A stretch of DNA of 64,000 nucleotides from Candidatus Onthovivens sp. Lineage in GTDB: Bacteria > Bacillota_I > Bacilli_A > RFN20 > CAG-826. Each line of letters opens with the position of its first letter. Position 1 is the first letter of the stretch. Below, piece after piece: positions 1 through 9,586 of this stretch. Location: NCBI GenBank assembly GCA_035270825.1, contig DATESL010000004.1:118854-182853 (forward strand). Reading direction: 5' to 3'. The notes below the pieces were generated by a model. It had not been told where the DNA came from. It saw only the letters and a list, made by a program, of their open reading frames with translations, and did not search any database. The translations under genes were made by a program, and so were the position numbers.

Positions 1-1928
1 TTTCGATTGGAATTAACTAAGTCAGCAAATTCATCGACAACAACGACTATAATTGGCAAAATATCTAGTTTCTTTTCTTTAGCGACTTTATTATATGCAT
101 CTAAGGAATCAACAGCATATGTCCTAAGAAGTGAATAACGATCATCCATAATTTTGCATAATTCTTCCATGACATCACAAATAATATCAACATCAACAAG
201 TGGTGGACACATTAAATGTGGAACCTCATTGTATTTAGTAAACTCAACTTGCTTAGGGTCAATTAGAATAATTTTAAGACTATCAGGTGATGAACGCATT
301 AAAAATGACATTAAAACTGAGTGAATAAAAACGGTTTTTCCACTTCCAGTTGTTCCTGCAACCATTAAATGTTTTTCTTCAATCATACTTAAATCAACAA
401 AATTACCAGAAATATCTTTTCCACAACAGAATTCATCATATGGCGCTTTTTTATCGTTCAAATGTTTTAAACAATCCTTAAAGTTCACCATTGTGGCATT
501 TTTATTTGGAATCTCAATTCCACTAGTTGATTTCCCAGTAACAATAGGAACAAGTCTGGCAGGAGCTCCATCCAAACGTCTAGAAATATCATTCATATAT
601 TTATCGAAATCTTTAATTGAATAACGGCTTTCAATTTCAATATCGTATCGCGTGACACTAGGACCAATTGTGTGTCCAACAATTTGAGAATGTAAATTAT
701 AATCAATAAAAGCTTGATTCATAATTTCGGTTCTTTGTTTACAAATTTTCTCGTTTTCTTCTGAATTTACCTGACTTTTTCTATCAACAAGTAAATCAAT
801 AGAAGGAAGAGTATAAATAATTTTTTCTTTTTTCTTTTTAATTACTTCACGTTCTGGCGCACTTTCAAGTTCTTTTCTTATATCAATTGGACTAACTGGG
901 GTCAATTCAACAAAATTAACTTGAGGATCCATATGTTTATATTTATTAGAAAAATCTTCATCTAGTTTTGGAGTTGAAACAGGTTGAAAATTAGATGTCT
1001 CTTGAAAATTATCTTCAAGAACGTTGTCTGTATAATATTCATCAACAACTCTAAATTTTGCTTTTGTTAAAATTTCTTCATTATGATTACGAGGAACATA
1101 AACAGATTTATTCTCTCTTTTGTATGTTTCTTCTTGAATATTAGCTTCTTCTATTTTTTGAATAATCTTTTCTTGATCTACAATATCAACATTTCCTTCT
1201 TGGTTAACTTCAATATTAGGTACTTCTGTTTCTTCCAAGGAATTAATTGTTGTTGTCGTGTAAATCACATCTTTGGCTTGTGAATAATAATCAGTTTGTG
1301 CACTATGAATATTAATTTGACGATAATCTTTAGCTACATAAAAGAACTTAATAACAGGCTTGTAGAGTAAGAAAACAGCCCCTATTGATAATAAAACAGA
1401 TCCAATAATGTAGGAACCAATATAAGTCATTCCACTATTGATAATAGCTGTAAATAGCATTCCGATTAACCCACTATTTTTCTCTAAACTGATATTAGGA
1501 AAATTACTGGAGTTTAAAACAGTATTATTGAAAATTTCAGTAAAATTCGTAAATGTTAAATACTTAGTGATTGTTCCACTCTCATCTGTAGTAATTGTAG
1601 CCGCATTTGAAACGATGATCATAACGCCTAAAACAAAAAGAACTACACCTAAAATCCATATATCAAAATGAAATTTCTTTCTTTTTGTATAGAAAATCAG
1701 TGATAAACCATACAGAAAGAGGATTAAATAGACTAAATAGGTAAACAAGCTTCCAACAAAGAAAGCTGTAATCCAAGTAAAGAACTTAGAAATATAAATA
1801 AAATAATCCCAATTAGGAACATTTGCTAGATTTAAAGCCAAATAACAAGAGAATAAACAGATAAAAATACCAATAATAAAACGAACATTATTCTTGGTAA
1901 TTTTTAAATTTTTAAAGTAGTCTCTCAT
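1..1928 (-). CDS. ftsK: DNA translocase FtsK/SpoIIIE. The N-terminal and motor part is present; the C-terminus runs off the left window edge.
   Basis: Absent from the ORF track because there is no stop inside the window. My minus-strand translation from the ATG at 1928 gives MRDYFKNLKITKNNVRFIIGIFICLFSCYLALNLANVPNWDYF (TM region). Near the edge the same frame reads VAGTTGSGKTVFIHSVLMSFLM...LKIILIDPKQVEF...LPIIVVVVDEFADLV, i.e. Walker A and the DEFADL Walker B of the FtsK motor. Start and edge codons are in the same phase. Confidence 0.85.
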   Translation of the reverse strand, partial: MRDYFKNLKITKNNVRFIIGIFICLFSCYLALNLANVPNWDYFIYISKFFTWITAFFVGSLFTYLVYLILFLYGLSLIFYTKRKKFHFDIWILGVVLFVLGVMIIVSNAATITTDESGTITKYLTFTNFTEIFNNTVLNSSNFPNISLEKNSGLIGMLFTAIINSGMTYIGSYIIGSVLLSIGAVFLLYKPVIKFFYVAKDYRQINIHSAQTDYYSQAKDVIYTTTTINSLEETEVPNIEVNQEGNVDIVDQEKIIQKIEEANIQEETYKRENKSVYVPRNHNEEILTKAKFRVVDEYYTDNVLEDNFQETSNFQPVSTPKLDEDFSNKYKHMDPQVNFVELTPVSPIDIRKELESAPEREVIKKKKEKIIYTLPSIDLLVDRKSQVNSEENEKICKQRTEIMNQAFIDYNLHSQIVGHTIGPSVTRYDIEIESRYSIKDFDKYMNDISRRLDGAPARLVPIVTGKSTSGIEIPNKNATMVNFKDCLKHLNDKKAPYDEFCCGKDISGNFVDLSMIEEKHLMVAGTTGSGKTVFIHSVLMSFLMRSSPDSLKIILIDPKQVEFTKYNEVPHLMCPPLVDVDIICDVMEELCKIMDDRYSLLRTYAVDSLDAYNKVAKEKKLDILPIIVVVVDEFADLVNSNR

Positions 1929-1995
1929 AATGTTTATTATATAAAAAATACTGCTTAATATCTACAATAAACTTTACAAAAATTTAGATTGTTTA

Positions 1996-3684
1996 TTAGT
2001 TTACAATGATCACGTTAGGTTTAACTAAAGGATTTCTATTATTTGATTTTAGTAGAAATTTAGTAATTTCTTGGTTGATTTGTAGTTCTAAAACTTTTGT
2101 ATTGAAATCTTTTGTTTCAAAAGACCATTTATTAATACGTTCAACAAACATTTTTGTTAACTCTTTTAACATGACATCAGAATCCTTATCTTTCAAGAAT
2201 AAAAATCCTCTCATTTGAATATCTGGTCCAGCAACAATTTCTCTTTTGCTCTTCGAAACGGCACATCCTAAAACGACTACGCCATCTTTTCCAAGTCTTG
2301 TTCTATCAGAAATAATCTCAGTCACCACATCTCCTACTCCAATTCCATCAATCATCATATCGCCAACCATAATTTTATTATTTGTATTAAAATTAATTTC
2401 AGCTCCGTTTTCGTCAATGTTAATCGTTTGTCCATTATCGAGTAAGAAAATATTAAAATGTGATAAACCAATATCCATATCAAAAGCTAATTTAGCATTA
2501 GCTAATAAATCAACATAATATCCTTCAATTGGTAAATAGTATTTTGGTTTTAAAAGAGATAAAAGCATTTTTAGATCTTCTTCAAAAGCATGCATTTTAG
2601 GTAATAATTTACGAGAAACGTTTTTAACTTTACAATTTGTTCGATAAACTTCATCAAGTGCAGAAATAGCAATAACTTCATTTGAATCAGATGCAGGAGC
2701 AGCAAAAAGAAAAGTATCTCTGGCTGTTAATCTAATTTGTCTATTTTCATTTTCATTATTTGCTAAAATAGAAACTTTTTCATAAATTCTTTCGTTTTCA
2801 TCAATCATTACGATAACAAGTTCACTCTCTTTAACACGTAATACATTATCTATATCAACAATATCTTTAAAACCTGAACTATCAATATTGCCATAAGCAT
2901 TCATATCATATACAGCTTGAGATTCCTTATCGTAAAGAAAAACCTTCTTCTTATGAACTTTACAAGCATTAAATACTTCTGAGATATGATATAAATTATT
3001 ACTATTAAGAGCAATAAACACTCTTCCTTCAGCTTCTTTAAAAGCTTGTTCAATATAAGGAGTTAACTTATGACGAGGAGCACAATATCCGCTCATTTGG
3101 CTATTTACAGACTCTGCAAGTAAAATTAAAGTATTTCTTTCAGCTATTTTAGCAAGAGCGTTTAAATCTAATTTAAAGAATTTATCATTAGAATATTCAA
3201 CAATAAAATCACCACTATAAACAATGTTTCCTAATTGCGTTCTAATTGAAAACCCACAAGTTGAAGGCATTGATGAGCAGGTTGAGAAAAAATCAAATTG
3301 ATAACCACCAATTAATTCAATAGATGGTAAATTAAAAAGATGGAAATCATATTTATTTTCTTGTTGATAGAGTTTTGAAAATTCTTCTAAAAATTTAGCA
3401 GTTACTGAACCACAATAAATTGGAGCAGGTGCTACTTTATAAATATATGGGATGGCACCAAAGGAATTCTTTTTAGCTTTTGGTAGAATATAAGCTTTGA
3501 TGCGATCTTTATTATCTTTAAGGTAACTAAAATCACCAATAATAAAATCAATTCCTGGTGTACTTTTTGTAGGATATTTAAATCCAGCACCAATTACAAA
3601 AATATTGTCATTGATTTCAATGCAATATAAATCTTTCCCTTGTTCATCAAGGCCACCTAAGGCTAAAATCTTTATTTTGTCCAT
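1996..3684 (-). CDS. Ribonuclease J family protein (RNase J2-like) with all metallo-beta-lactamase metal-ligand motifs substituted
   Basis: The 562-aa ORF is collinear with Firmicute RNase J (LALGGL..GK, GNIVYSGDF, LLKPKYYLPI.G, C-terminal domain). However, IDAG is IGAG, HGHEDH is PKAKKNS (3463-3483), TTHSIPDS is STCSSMPS, and PIHGEY is PIEGYY. Confidence 0.85.
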   Translation of the reverse strand: MDKIKILALGGLDEQGKDLYCIEINDNIFVIGAGFKYPTKSTPGIDFIIGDFSYLKDNKDRIKAYILPKAKKNSFGAIPYIYKVAPAPIYCGSVTAKFLEEFSKLYQQENKYDFHLFNLPSIELIGGYQFDFFSTCSSMPSTCGFSIRTQLGNIVYSGDFIVEYSNDKFFKLDLNALAKIAERNTLILLAESVNSQMSGYCAPRHKLTPYIEQAFKEAEGRVFIALNSNNLYHISEVFNACKVHKKKVFLYDKESQAVYDMNAYGNIDSSGFKDIVDIDNVLRVKESELVIVMIDENERIYEKVSILANNENENRQIRLTARDTFLFAAPASDSNEVIAISALDEVYRTNCKVKNVSRKLLPKMHAFEEDLKMLLSLLKPKYYLPIEGYYVDLLANAKLAFDMDIGLSHFNIFLLDNGQTINIDENGAEINFNTNNKIMVGDMMIDGIGVGDVVTEIISDRTRLGKDGVVVLGCAVSKSKREIVAGPDIQMRGFLFLKDKDSDVMLKELTKMFVERINKWSFETKDFNTKVLELQINQEITKFLLKSNNRNPLVKPNVIIVN

Positions 3685-3699
3685 ATTTATCCTACCTTT

Positions 3700-4248
3700 T
3701 TACTTATTTATTATTATGGTCTTTAATAATTTGTTATCTACATTATATAGAGAAACAATATTTTTTTCATCATTAAAAATCATAAATGTTTTATCTTCAT
3801 GAATTTTTGGAAGTGTTATGCTTCCTGGATTAAGAAAATATACTCCTTTTTCCTCTTCTAGTTCATAAACATGAGTGTGTCCTTGAATATAAACATCACC
3901 TTTTCCAAGAGGAAATGAGTCTTTAGTGAATAAATCACCATGAGTTAAGTAGAAATTGATTTCATTAATTTCTACTTTTAAAGAATCAAAAAAAGGAATA
4001 TTGAAAACAACTTCATCAATGCGGGAATCGCAATTCCCGCGAATGATGATTAATTTATCTTTATATTCCCTTAAAATTTCTGTAACTTTTTTTGGATTAT
4101 AATCATCAGGCACAATATTTCTTGCTCCATTATAATTAATATCCCCTAATATCATAATTTTTTCAAATTGATAAAAAGCATTAAGTTCTACAATTTTTAA
4201 AGCGGCTCCAAGCGAACCATGAATATCACTGACAATTAAATAATTCAT
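3700..4248 (-). CDS. YfcE/MJ0936-family metallophosphoesterase
   Basis: Motifs SDIHGS, LGDINYNG, GNCDS, THGD and GHTH occur in the canonical calcineurin-like order. 182 aa. Confidence 0.8.
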   Translation of the reverse strand: MNYLIVSDIHGSLGAALKIVELNAFYQFEKIMILGDINYNGARNIVPDDYNPKKVTEILREYKDKLIIIRGNCDSRIDEVVFNIPFFDSLKVEINEINFYLTHGDLFTKDSFPLGKGDVYIQGHTHVYELEEEKGVYFLNPGSITLPKIHEDKTFMIFNDEKNIVSLYNVDNKLLKTIIINK

Positions 4249-4251
4249 AAA

Positions 4252-6588
4252 CTATTTACGGTTAAAAAATGATCTTTTCTTAGGTTTTTCTTCAACAACT
4301 TCTTCAACCTTTGGTGCTTCTTCCTTAACGATAGGAGCTGGAGCAGCTTTTTCAGAATAAGAATCACGACGATTGTTATTATATGGTCTTCTAGAATCTC
4401 CACGATAATTTGAACTTGGTTTATATTCTCTACGTGGTCCTTGACTTGAACCGTGATTATCAGAATCGCCTTCTTTTCTTTCAACAAATTCTTTATGTGA
4501 AAGCTTGATTTTTCCATGATCATCAATACCAATAACTTTAACTTTTAAAGTATCGCCTACTTTACAAATTGCAGTTGCTGATTCAACAAAACCATGAGAA
4601 AGTCTTGAAACATGGCATAAACCTTCTTTATTACCAAATAATTTAACAAAGCAGCCATAATCTTCAACGCGAGTAATGACTCCTTCAAATTCTTCACCTT
4701 CTTCAACAATACGAGCAATATCCATCACAAAAGCTTGTGCTTTTTCAATCATTAACTTGTTTGTATGATAGATAGTAACAGTGCCTTCATCATTAATATC
4801 AATTTTAACATGATCACATTTATCAATAATATCGTTAATGACTTTACCGCCACTACCAATAACTTCTTTAATTTTATCTTTTTCAATTGTGAAACTGACA
4901 AATTTAGGAGCATATTCACTTAATTCTTCACGTGGAACACTAATTGTTGCTTCCATAACTTTTCTAATTTCAGCACGTGCTTTATTAGCTTGAGCTAAAG
5001 CTTCACGTAAAATTTCTTTAGAAATACCTTTAATTTTAATATCCATTTGAAGAGCAGTAATCCCTTTACTCGTTCCAGCAACTTTAAAATCCATATCACC
5101 AAAGTGATCTTCTAAACCTTGGATATCAGTTAAAATTGAGTAAGGATGATTACCATCTAAAGGTCCAGAGGTAATTAAACCCATTGCAATTCCACTAACT
5201 AATCCCTTAATTGGAACACCTGCGGCCATTAAAGCCATACAGGAAGCACAAATTGAAGCTTGGGAACTTGAACCATTTGATTCAACAACTTCTGCCACAC
5301 ATCTAATAGTATATGGAAATTCTTCTTCAGTAGGTAAAACATAACTTAGAGCTCTTTCACCTAAAGCACCATGACCGATTTCTCTTCTCCCAGGTGTGCC
5401 CATTCTACCAACTTCACCAACTGAGTAAGGTGGGAAATTGTAATGATGCATCCAGCGTTTGGAATCTTCTGGTGATAATGACTCAATAATTTGTTCATCG
5501 TTTTTAATTCCTAATGTACAAATAGAAATTGCTTGAGTTTGTCCTCTAGTAAATACGGCACTACCATGAGTTCTAGGTAATAAATCAATCTCAGCAAATA
5601 ATGGTCTAATTTCATCAATTTTACGACCATCAGGTCTAATTTTTTCTTCAGTAATTAATCTTCTTACTTCTTTTGCAATTAAGCCTTCTAAAATATCATT
5701 AACCATTAACATAGTCATTTTATGATCTTTTTCTTTAGCATATTCACGATCATCATAATCTTCAATAATTTCATTTTTAATTGCATCAATTGCATTTTGT
5801 CTTTCTAATTTATCAAAAATAGAAATTGCTTTGACTAAACGTTCTTCACAACGACCTTTAATGTCATTAAGCATTTCTTCACTTGGTTCAAATAATTTAA
5901 TTTCTCTTTTTGCTAAACCAATTTCTTTAATAATCTCTTCTTGGAATTCACATAATTTTTTAATTGCTTCATGACCAAACATTAAAGCTTCTAACATATC
6001 TTCTTCACTCACCTCATTGGCACCAGCTTCAACCATGTTAATAGCTTCTTTGCTTCCACCAACAGCTAAGATTAAATCAGAGTTTTCTCTTTGTTCAACG
6101 GTTGGGTTGATAATAAATTGACCATCAACTCGACCAACATAAACACCAGCAATTGGACCATCAAAAGGAATATTGGAAACTCCTAAAGCTAAGGAAGCTC
6201 CAAACATTGCAGTCATTTCTGGGGTGGCGTCTAAATCAACACTCATTACAGTGTTAACAATTTGTACTTCATTTCTAAAACCTTCACTAAACATTGGTCT
6301 AATTGGACGATCAATTAAACGAGCAGTTAAGGTTGCATGTTCTCCTGGACGACCTTCTCTTCTTAAGAAGCCTCCTGGAATACGACCCATAGCATATTGT
6401 TTTTCTTCATAACCAACGGTTAAAGGGAAAAAATCACCCTCTTTTGGATTATCACTACAGCAAGCTGTTGATAAAACGACTGTGTCGTTAAGTCTAACTA
6501 AAACGGCACCATCTGCTTGTTTTGCAATTTGTCCATTTTCTACAATGAGTTTTTTTCCATAAAACTCCGTCTCAAATACTCTTTTCAT
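4252..6588 (-). CDS. pnp: Polyribonucleotide nucleotidyltransferase (PNPase) with an extra basic, low-complexity C-terminal tail
   Basis: Two RNase PH domains (GRREIGHGALGERAL, FGDMDFKVAGT), then KH (GSGGKVIN) and S1 (GVITRVEDYGCFVKL). 778 aa, followed by a tail of about 75 aa rich in R/K/S/N/P. Confidence 0.97.
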   Translation of the reverse strand: MKRVFETEFYGKKLIVENGQIAKQADGAVLVRLNDTVVLSTACCSDNPKEGDFFPLTVGYEEKQYAMGRIPGGFLRREGRPGEHATLTARLIDRPIRPMFSEGFRNEVQIVNTVMSVDLDATPEMTAMFGASLALGVSNIPFDGPIAGVYVGRVDGQFIINPTVEQRENSDLILAVGGSKEAINMVEAGANEVSEEDMLEALMFGHEAIKKLCEFQEEIIKEIGLAKREIKLFEPSEEMLNDIKGRCEERLVKAISIFDKLERQNAIDAIKNEIIEDYDDREYAKEKDHKMTMLMVNDILEGLIAKEVRRLITEEKIRPDGRKIDEIRPLFAEIDLLPRTHGSAVFTRGQTQAISICTLGIKNDEQIIESLSPEDSKRWMHHYNFPPYSVGEVGRMGTPGRREIGHGALGERALSYVLPTEEEFPYTIRCVAEVVESNGSSSQASICASCMALMAAGVPIKGLVSGIAMGLITSGPLDGNHPYSILTDIQGLEDHFGDMDFKVAGTSKGITALQMDIKIKGISKEILREALAQANKARAEIRKVMEATISVPREELSEYAPKFVSFTIEKDKIKEVIGSGGKVINDIIDKCDHVKIDINDEGTVTIYHTNKLMIEKAQAFVMDIARIVEEGEEFEGVITRVEDYGCFVKLFGNKEGLCHVSRLSHGFVESATAICKVGDTLKVKVIGIDDHGKIKLSHKEFVERKEGDSDNHGSSQGPRREYKPSSNYRGDSRRPYNNNRRDSYSEKAAPAPIVKEEAPKVEEVVEEKPKKRSFFNRK

Positions 6589-6662
6589 ATTCTTTCTTTC
6601 CTTTTTATATATTGTCTTATTTTATAACTTTTTGCCTCTAAATGCTAGGTAATTAATTTAAT

Positions 6663-6691
6663 AAAAAAACTTCCTCTTGGGAAGTTTTTAA
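6663..6691 (-). terminator. Intrinsic terminator/processing hairpin between rpsO and pnp
   Basis: Stem aacttcc (6668-6674) / ggaagtt (6680-6686), with an A run on one side and a T run on the other. Confidence 0.6.
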
Positions 6692-6698
6692 TTTTTAC

Positions 6699-6968
6699 TT
6701 ATTTTCTTAATCCTAAAGCTGCAAGTATTTTAATATATGCGTCTCTATCGATAGATTCTAGATATTTTAGTAATGATTTACGTTGTCCAACAAAGATAAG
6801 TAATGCACGTCTAGCACGGTGATCTTTGTCATTTGCTTTTAAGTGTTCAGCAAGATTTTTAATTTCTTCTGTTAATAAAGCAATTTGAACTTCACAACTA
6901 CCAGTGTCTTTAGCATTTTTACCAAATTGTTTAACAATTTCAGCTTTTCTAGTTTTGTTAATAGCCAT
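6699..6968 (-). CDS. rpsO: 30S ribosomal protein S15
   Basis: MAINKTRKAEIVKQFGKNAKDTGSCEVQIALLTEEI... I chose the internal ATG at 6968, which gives 89 aa and is preceded by AAGGAGAAAAAG. The 33-codon N-terminal extension in the ORF track is not S15-like. Confidence 0.95.
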   Translation of the reverse strand: MAINKTRKAEIVKQFGKNAKDTGSCEVQIALLTEEIKNLAEHLKANDKDHRARRALLIFVGQRKSLLKYLESIDRDAYIKILAALGLRK

Positions 6969-7114
6969 CTTTTTCTCCTTTATTTGAATTCGCTTTAAAC
7001 GTTGGTAAAGGTTGGAGTATCCTAAATCAAAGTATAAAGTACGCTTAATATTGTATAAATTTATCACCTTAAAAGCAAGATAAACTTTTAAATCTTCTTA
7101 ATACTTAGTGATTA

Positions 7115-8020
7115 TTATAAAAAATACTTTCTTGCAGTCTCTTCATCATTTTCCATTGCTTTAATTAGTTCTTCTTTTGAATAAAATTTAATTTCACAAC
7201 GTAATAATTTATAAAAATCGATAAGAATTTCTTGATCATAAATATCTCTATTAAAATCTAAAATATATGTTTCAATAGTCATATTATTATTTTCATTAAC
7301 GGTTGGATTAGTCCCTATATTTGTTAAGGAATTATAAACCTCATCATTAATAATTGTTTTAGTGATATAGACTCCACACTTAGGAATTACATAATCATCA
7401 TTTAATTTGAGATTAGCTGTTGGGAAACCAAGCTTTTTTCCTAGCCCCTTACCCTTACAAACAACACCTTCTATGCGATATTGGCGCCCTAAAAGTAAGG
7501 CTGCTTCTTCCATTTCTCCGTTTTGAATGAGAAGTTTAATTGTCGATGAAGAAATTTTGCTTTTATCGAAATTACTTAAATAATTTACAACATTCACATT
7601 ATTAAATTGATCTTTTAAATAATTAACATCTCCTAAAGCCTGATGACCATATTTAAAATCCGGTCCACAAAAAATTTCTGCTGGATTAATTTTTTTTAAG
7701 ATTTTCTCTATAAAATCACCATAAGATAAATTCTTTAAATTATTATCAGTATTTAAAATAAAGACTTTACTAATTCCAAGTTTCTCAAAACGCTTAAGTC
7801 TTCTATTAAGAGAAGTTAAACATTGGTTTGTTTTCTTTAGCGGTTTATCAAATGTTAAAATTGCTAACTCATTATTAGACATATTTTTAGCTGAATTGAT
7901 TAAATAAACATGCCCAATATGCACTCCATCAAAATATCCAAGAATAAGTGCAAACTTCTTCTTGGTTTCAATAATATCAGAATAATCATTTAGATAGGTA
8001 ATTTCCATATTTTCACTCAT
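7115..8020 (-). CDS. ribF: Bifunctional riboflavin kinase / FMN adenylyltransferase
   Basis: N-terminal GYFDGVHIGH nucleotidyltransferase motif and C-terminal riboflavin kinase (GFPTANL ... GTNPT). 301 aa, in the conserved position upstream of rpsO. Confidence 0.9.
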   Translation of the reverse strand: MSENMEITYLNDYSDIIETKKKFALILGYFDGVHIGHVYLINSAKNMSNNELAILTFDKPLKKTNQCLTSLNRRLKRFEKLGISKVFILNTDNNLKNLSYGDFIEKILKKINPAEIFCGPDFKYGHQALGDVNYLKDQFNNVNVVNYLSNFDKSKISSSTIKLLIQNGEMEEAALLLGRQYRIEGVVCKGKGLGKKLGFPTANLKLNDDYVIPKCGVYITKTIINDEVYNSLTNIGTNPTVNENNNMTIETYILDFNRDIYDQEILIDFYKLLRCEIKFYSKEELIKAMENDEETARKYFL

Positions 8021-8073
8021 TTTTCTATTTTATTATTATATTACAAAATGTTAGTATTATTAAGGAGAAATAT

Positions 8074-9237
8074 ATGAAAGCAATTAGAATTATTTTAGCC
8101 TGTATTCGTAAGGCCGATAAAGATTTCAATTTCATTGAGAATAATGACAAAATTGTCCTTGGAATTAGTGGGGGCAAAGACTCAATGGCTCTTTTATATG
8201 CTCTTCATCTCTATAAAAAGTTTTCTATAAATAAATTTGAGATTTATCCAGTAATGGTTAATCTTGGCTTTCCCAATTTTGATCCATCCAAAATTCAAGA
8301 ATTCACTCGTAGTCTTGGTTATGAGTTAGAAATTGTTGATTCTAGTCATGTTTTTGGTATATTAAAAACCTATCAAGATAATAATCAGACTCCGTTATTA
8401 CCATGTTCAATTTGTTCCAAAATGAAAAAAGCCATCATTAATAAAGCCGCTCATAACTTAAATGTTAACAAAGTCTCCTTTGCTCATCATAAAAATGATG
8501 CGATTGAAACACTCTTTTTGAATCAAATTTATGGTGGTCGAATTGCTACTTTTTCACCTAAAATGTATTTAAGTCATGAAAAAATAAGCTTTATTCGTCC
8601 TTTGGTTTATTGTAATGAAAAAGATATTATTCGTTTAGTAAAAGAAGAAAAAATAACTGTAATGGGTTCTTCTTGCCCTAATGATAAATTCACTAAACGT
8701 CAAGACATCAAAGAAATTACTAATCAAATCGTTGAAAAATTCCCCTCTAGTGAGGAAAATTTTTTAACGATGCTCAATAATAAAGAGAAATTAGACTTAT
8801 TCTTTGATCATTTCGATCATAAAATTGATAAAAAGAACCTCAGTTATAAAGAAATTATCTCCATAAAAGATTACATTGAAGTAAAAAACTACATCAAGGA
8901 TTTAAAATTAACTAAAAGTGAAGCTGTTTATCAAATTTTTAAGTTGTTAAAACGAGGAAAGTTAGAAGGAGTCTTCTATATTTTGCAAACTAATCGCGAT
9001 TTTGTAATTGAAACTTATAAAATTAAAGATCCACAGAATTTAAAATTCTTTCTTTTAGATTTTTATTTTGAAATTTATCAAAAATATAATCCAACAACCC
9101 TTTTAGTTTATGTTAATAATGAAGATTTAGAAAAATTAAGTGGTTTAGACTACATAATAAAAAGGAAATTAAAGTCTAAAACCTTAATTTCCTTTAACTA
9201 TAATCCTAAAAACGCTTTAAAAGAGCTTATTCTTTAA
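8074..9237 (+). CDS. PP-loop ATPase of the TtcA/tRNA-thiolation family with an unassigned C-terminal domain of about 140 aa
   Basis: SGGKDS PP-loop and a CSICSKMKK cysteine motif. It lies on the opposite strand inside an otherwise minus-strand block. Confidence 0.65.
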   Translation: MKAIRIILACIRKADKDFNFIENNDKIVLGISGGKDSMALLYALHLYKKFSINKFEIYPVMVNLGFPNFDPSKIQEFTRSLGYELEIVDSSHVFGILKTYQDNNQTPLLPCSICSKMKKAIINKAAHNLNVNKVSFAHHKNDAIETLFLNQIYGGRIATFSPKMYLSHEKISFIRPLVYCNEKDIIRLVKEEKITVMGSSCPNDKFTKRQDIKEITNQIVEKFPSSEENFLTMLNNKEKLDLFFDHFDHKIDKKNLSYKEIISIKDYIEVKNYIKDLKLTKSEAVYQIFKLLKRGKLEGVFYILQTNRDFVIETYKIKDPQNLKFFLLDFYFEIYQKYNPTTLLVYVNNEDLEKLSGLDYIIKRKLKSKTLISFNYNPKNALKELIL

Positions 9238-9586
9238 TTTTATTCAAAGAAGTAATTTTCTCTTCTTCTCTTTTTAGTGCATCATCAACTTTTTTAAATT
9301 TATCATAACTATCATCTAAAATAAATTGAATCTCAGGAACTCGACGGGTGTTTAATTTAACACTCAAAGAACTTCTGACATATCCTCTTAATTTATTAAG
9401 TTTTTCTAAATTTTCTTTTGGATGAGCAAAAAAGCTCACATAAACTTTGGTATAACTTCGATCGCTAGAGACATCAATATCAGTAATTGTTAAGAAATCA
9501 ATATTTTCATTTTTAATCTCAAAAGTAACGATATCACGAATGTTTTTAGCAATTAATGCTTGTAATCTACCGTCTCTATTTTCCAT
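9227..9586 (-). CDS. rbfA: Ribosome-binding factor A
   Basis: [20 protein letters not shown]...ITDIDVSSDRSYTKVYVS. I prefer the start at 9586, which has GAGG 7 nt upstream. It overlaps the infB 3' end. Confidence 0.9.
   Translation of the reverse strand: MENRDGRLQALIAKNIRDIVTFEIKNENIDFLTITDIDVSSDRSYTKVYVSFFAHPKENLEKLNKLRGYVRSSLSVKLNTRRVPEIQFILDDSYDKFKKVDDALKREEEKITSLNKIKE

Noticed and set aside
2006-2518. Plus-strand ORFs 2006-2218 and 2246-2518 inside the RNase J-like gene. The same kind of antisense ORF occurs at 1083-1283, 1438-1671, 6173-6412, 10794-11009, 11936-12205, 15107-15325, 22344-22529, 23887-24126, 26937-27143, 29270-29500 and 59943-60233, and on the same strand out of frame at 4245-4532, 18900-19094, 38722-38913, 41396-41602, 43999-44247, 45670-45951 and 54686-54997.
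   Set aside because: All lie entirely within much longer, motif-supported genes. They have low-complexity or hydrophobic-noise composition typical of AT-rich antisense frames, and they lack RBSs. I treat them as spurious.
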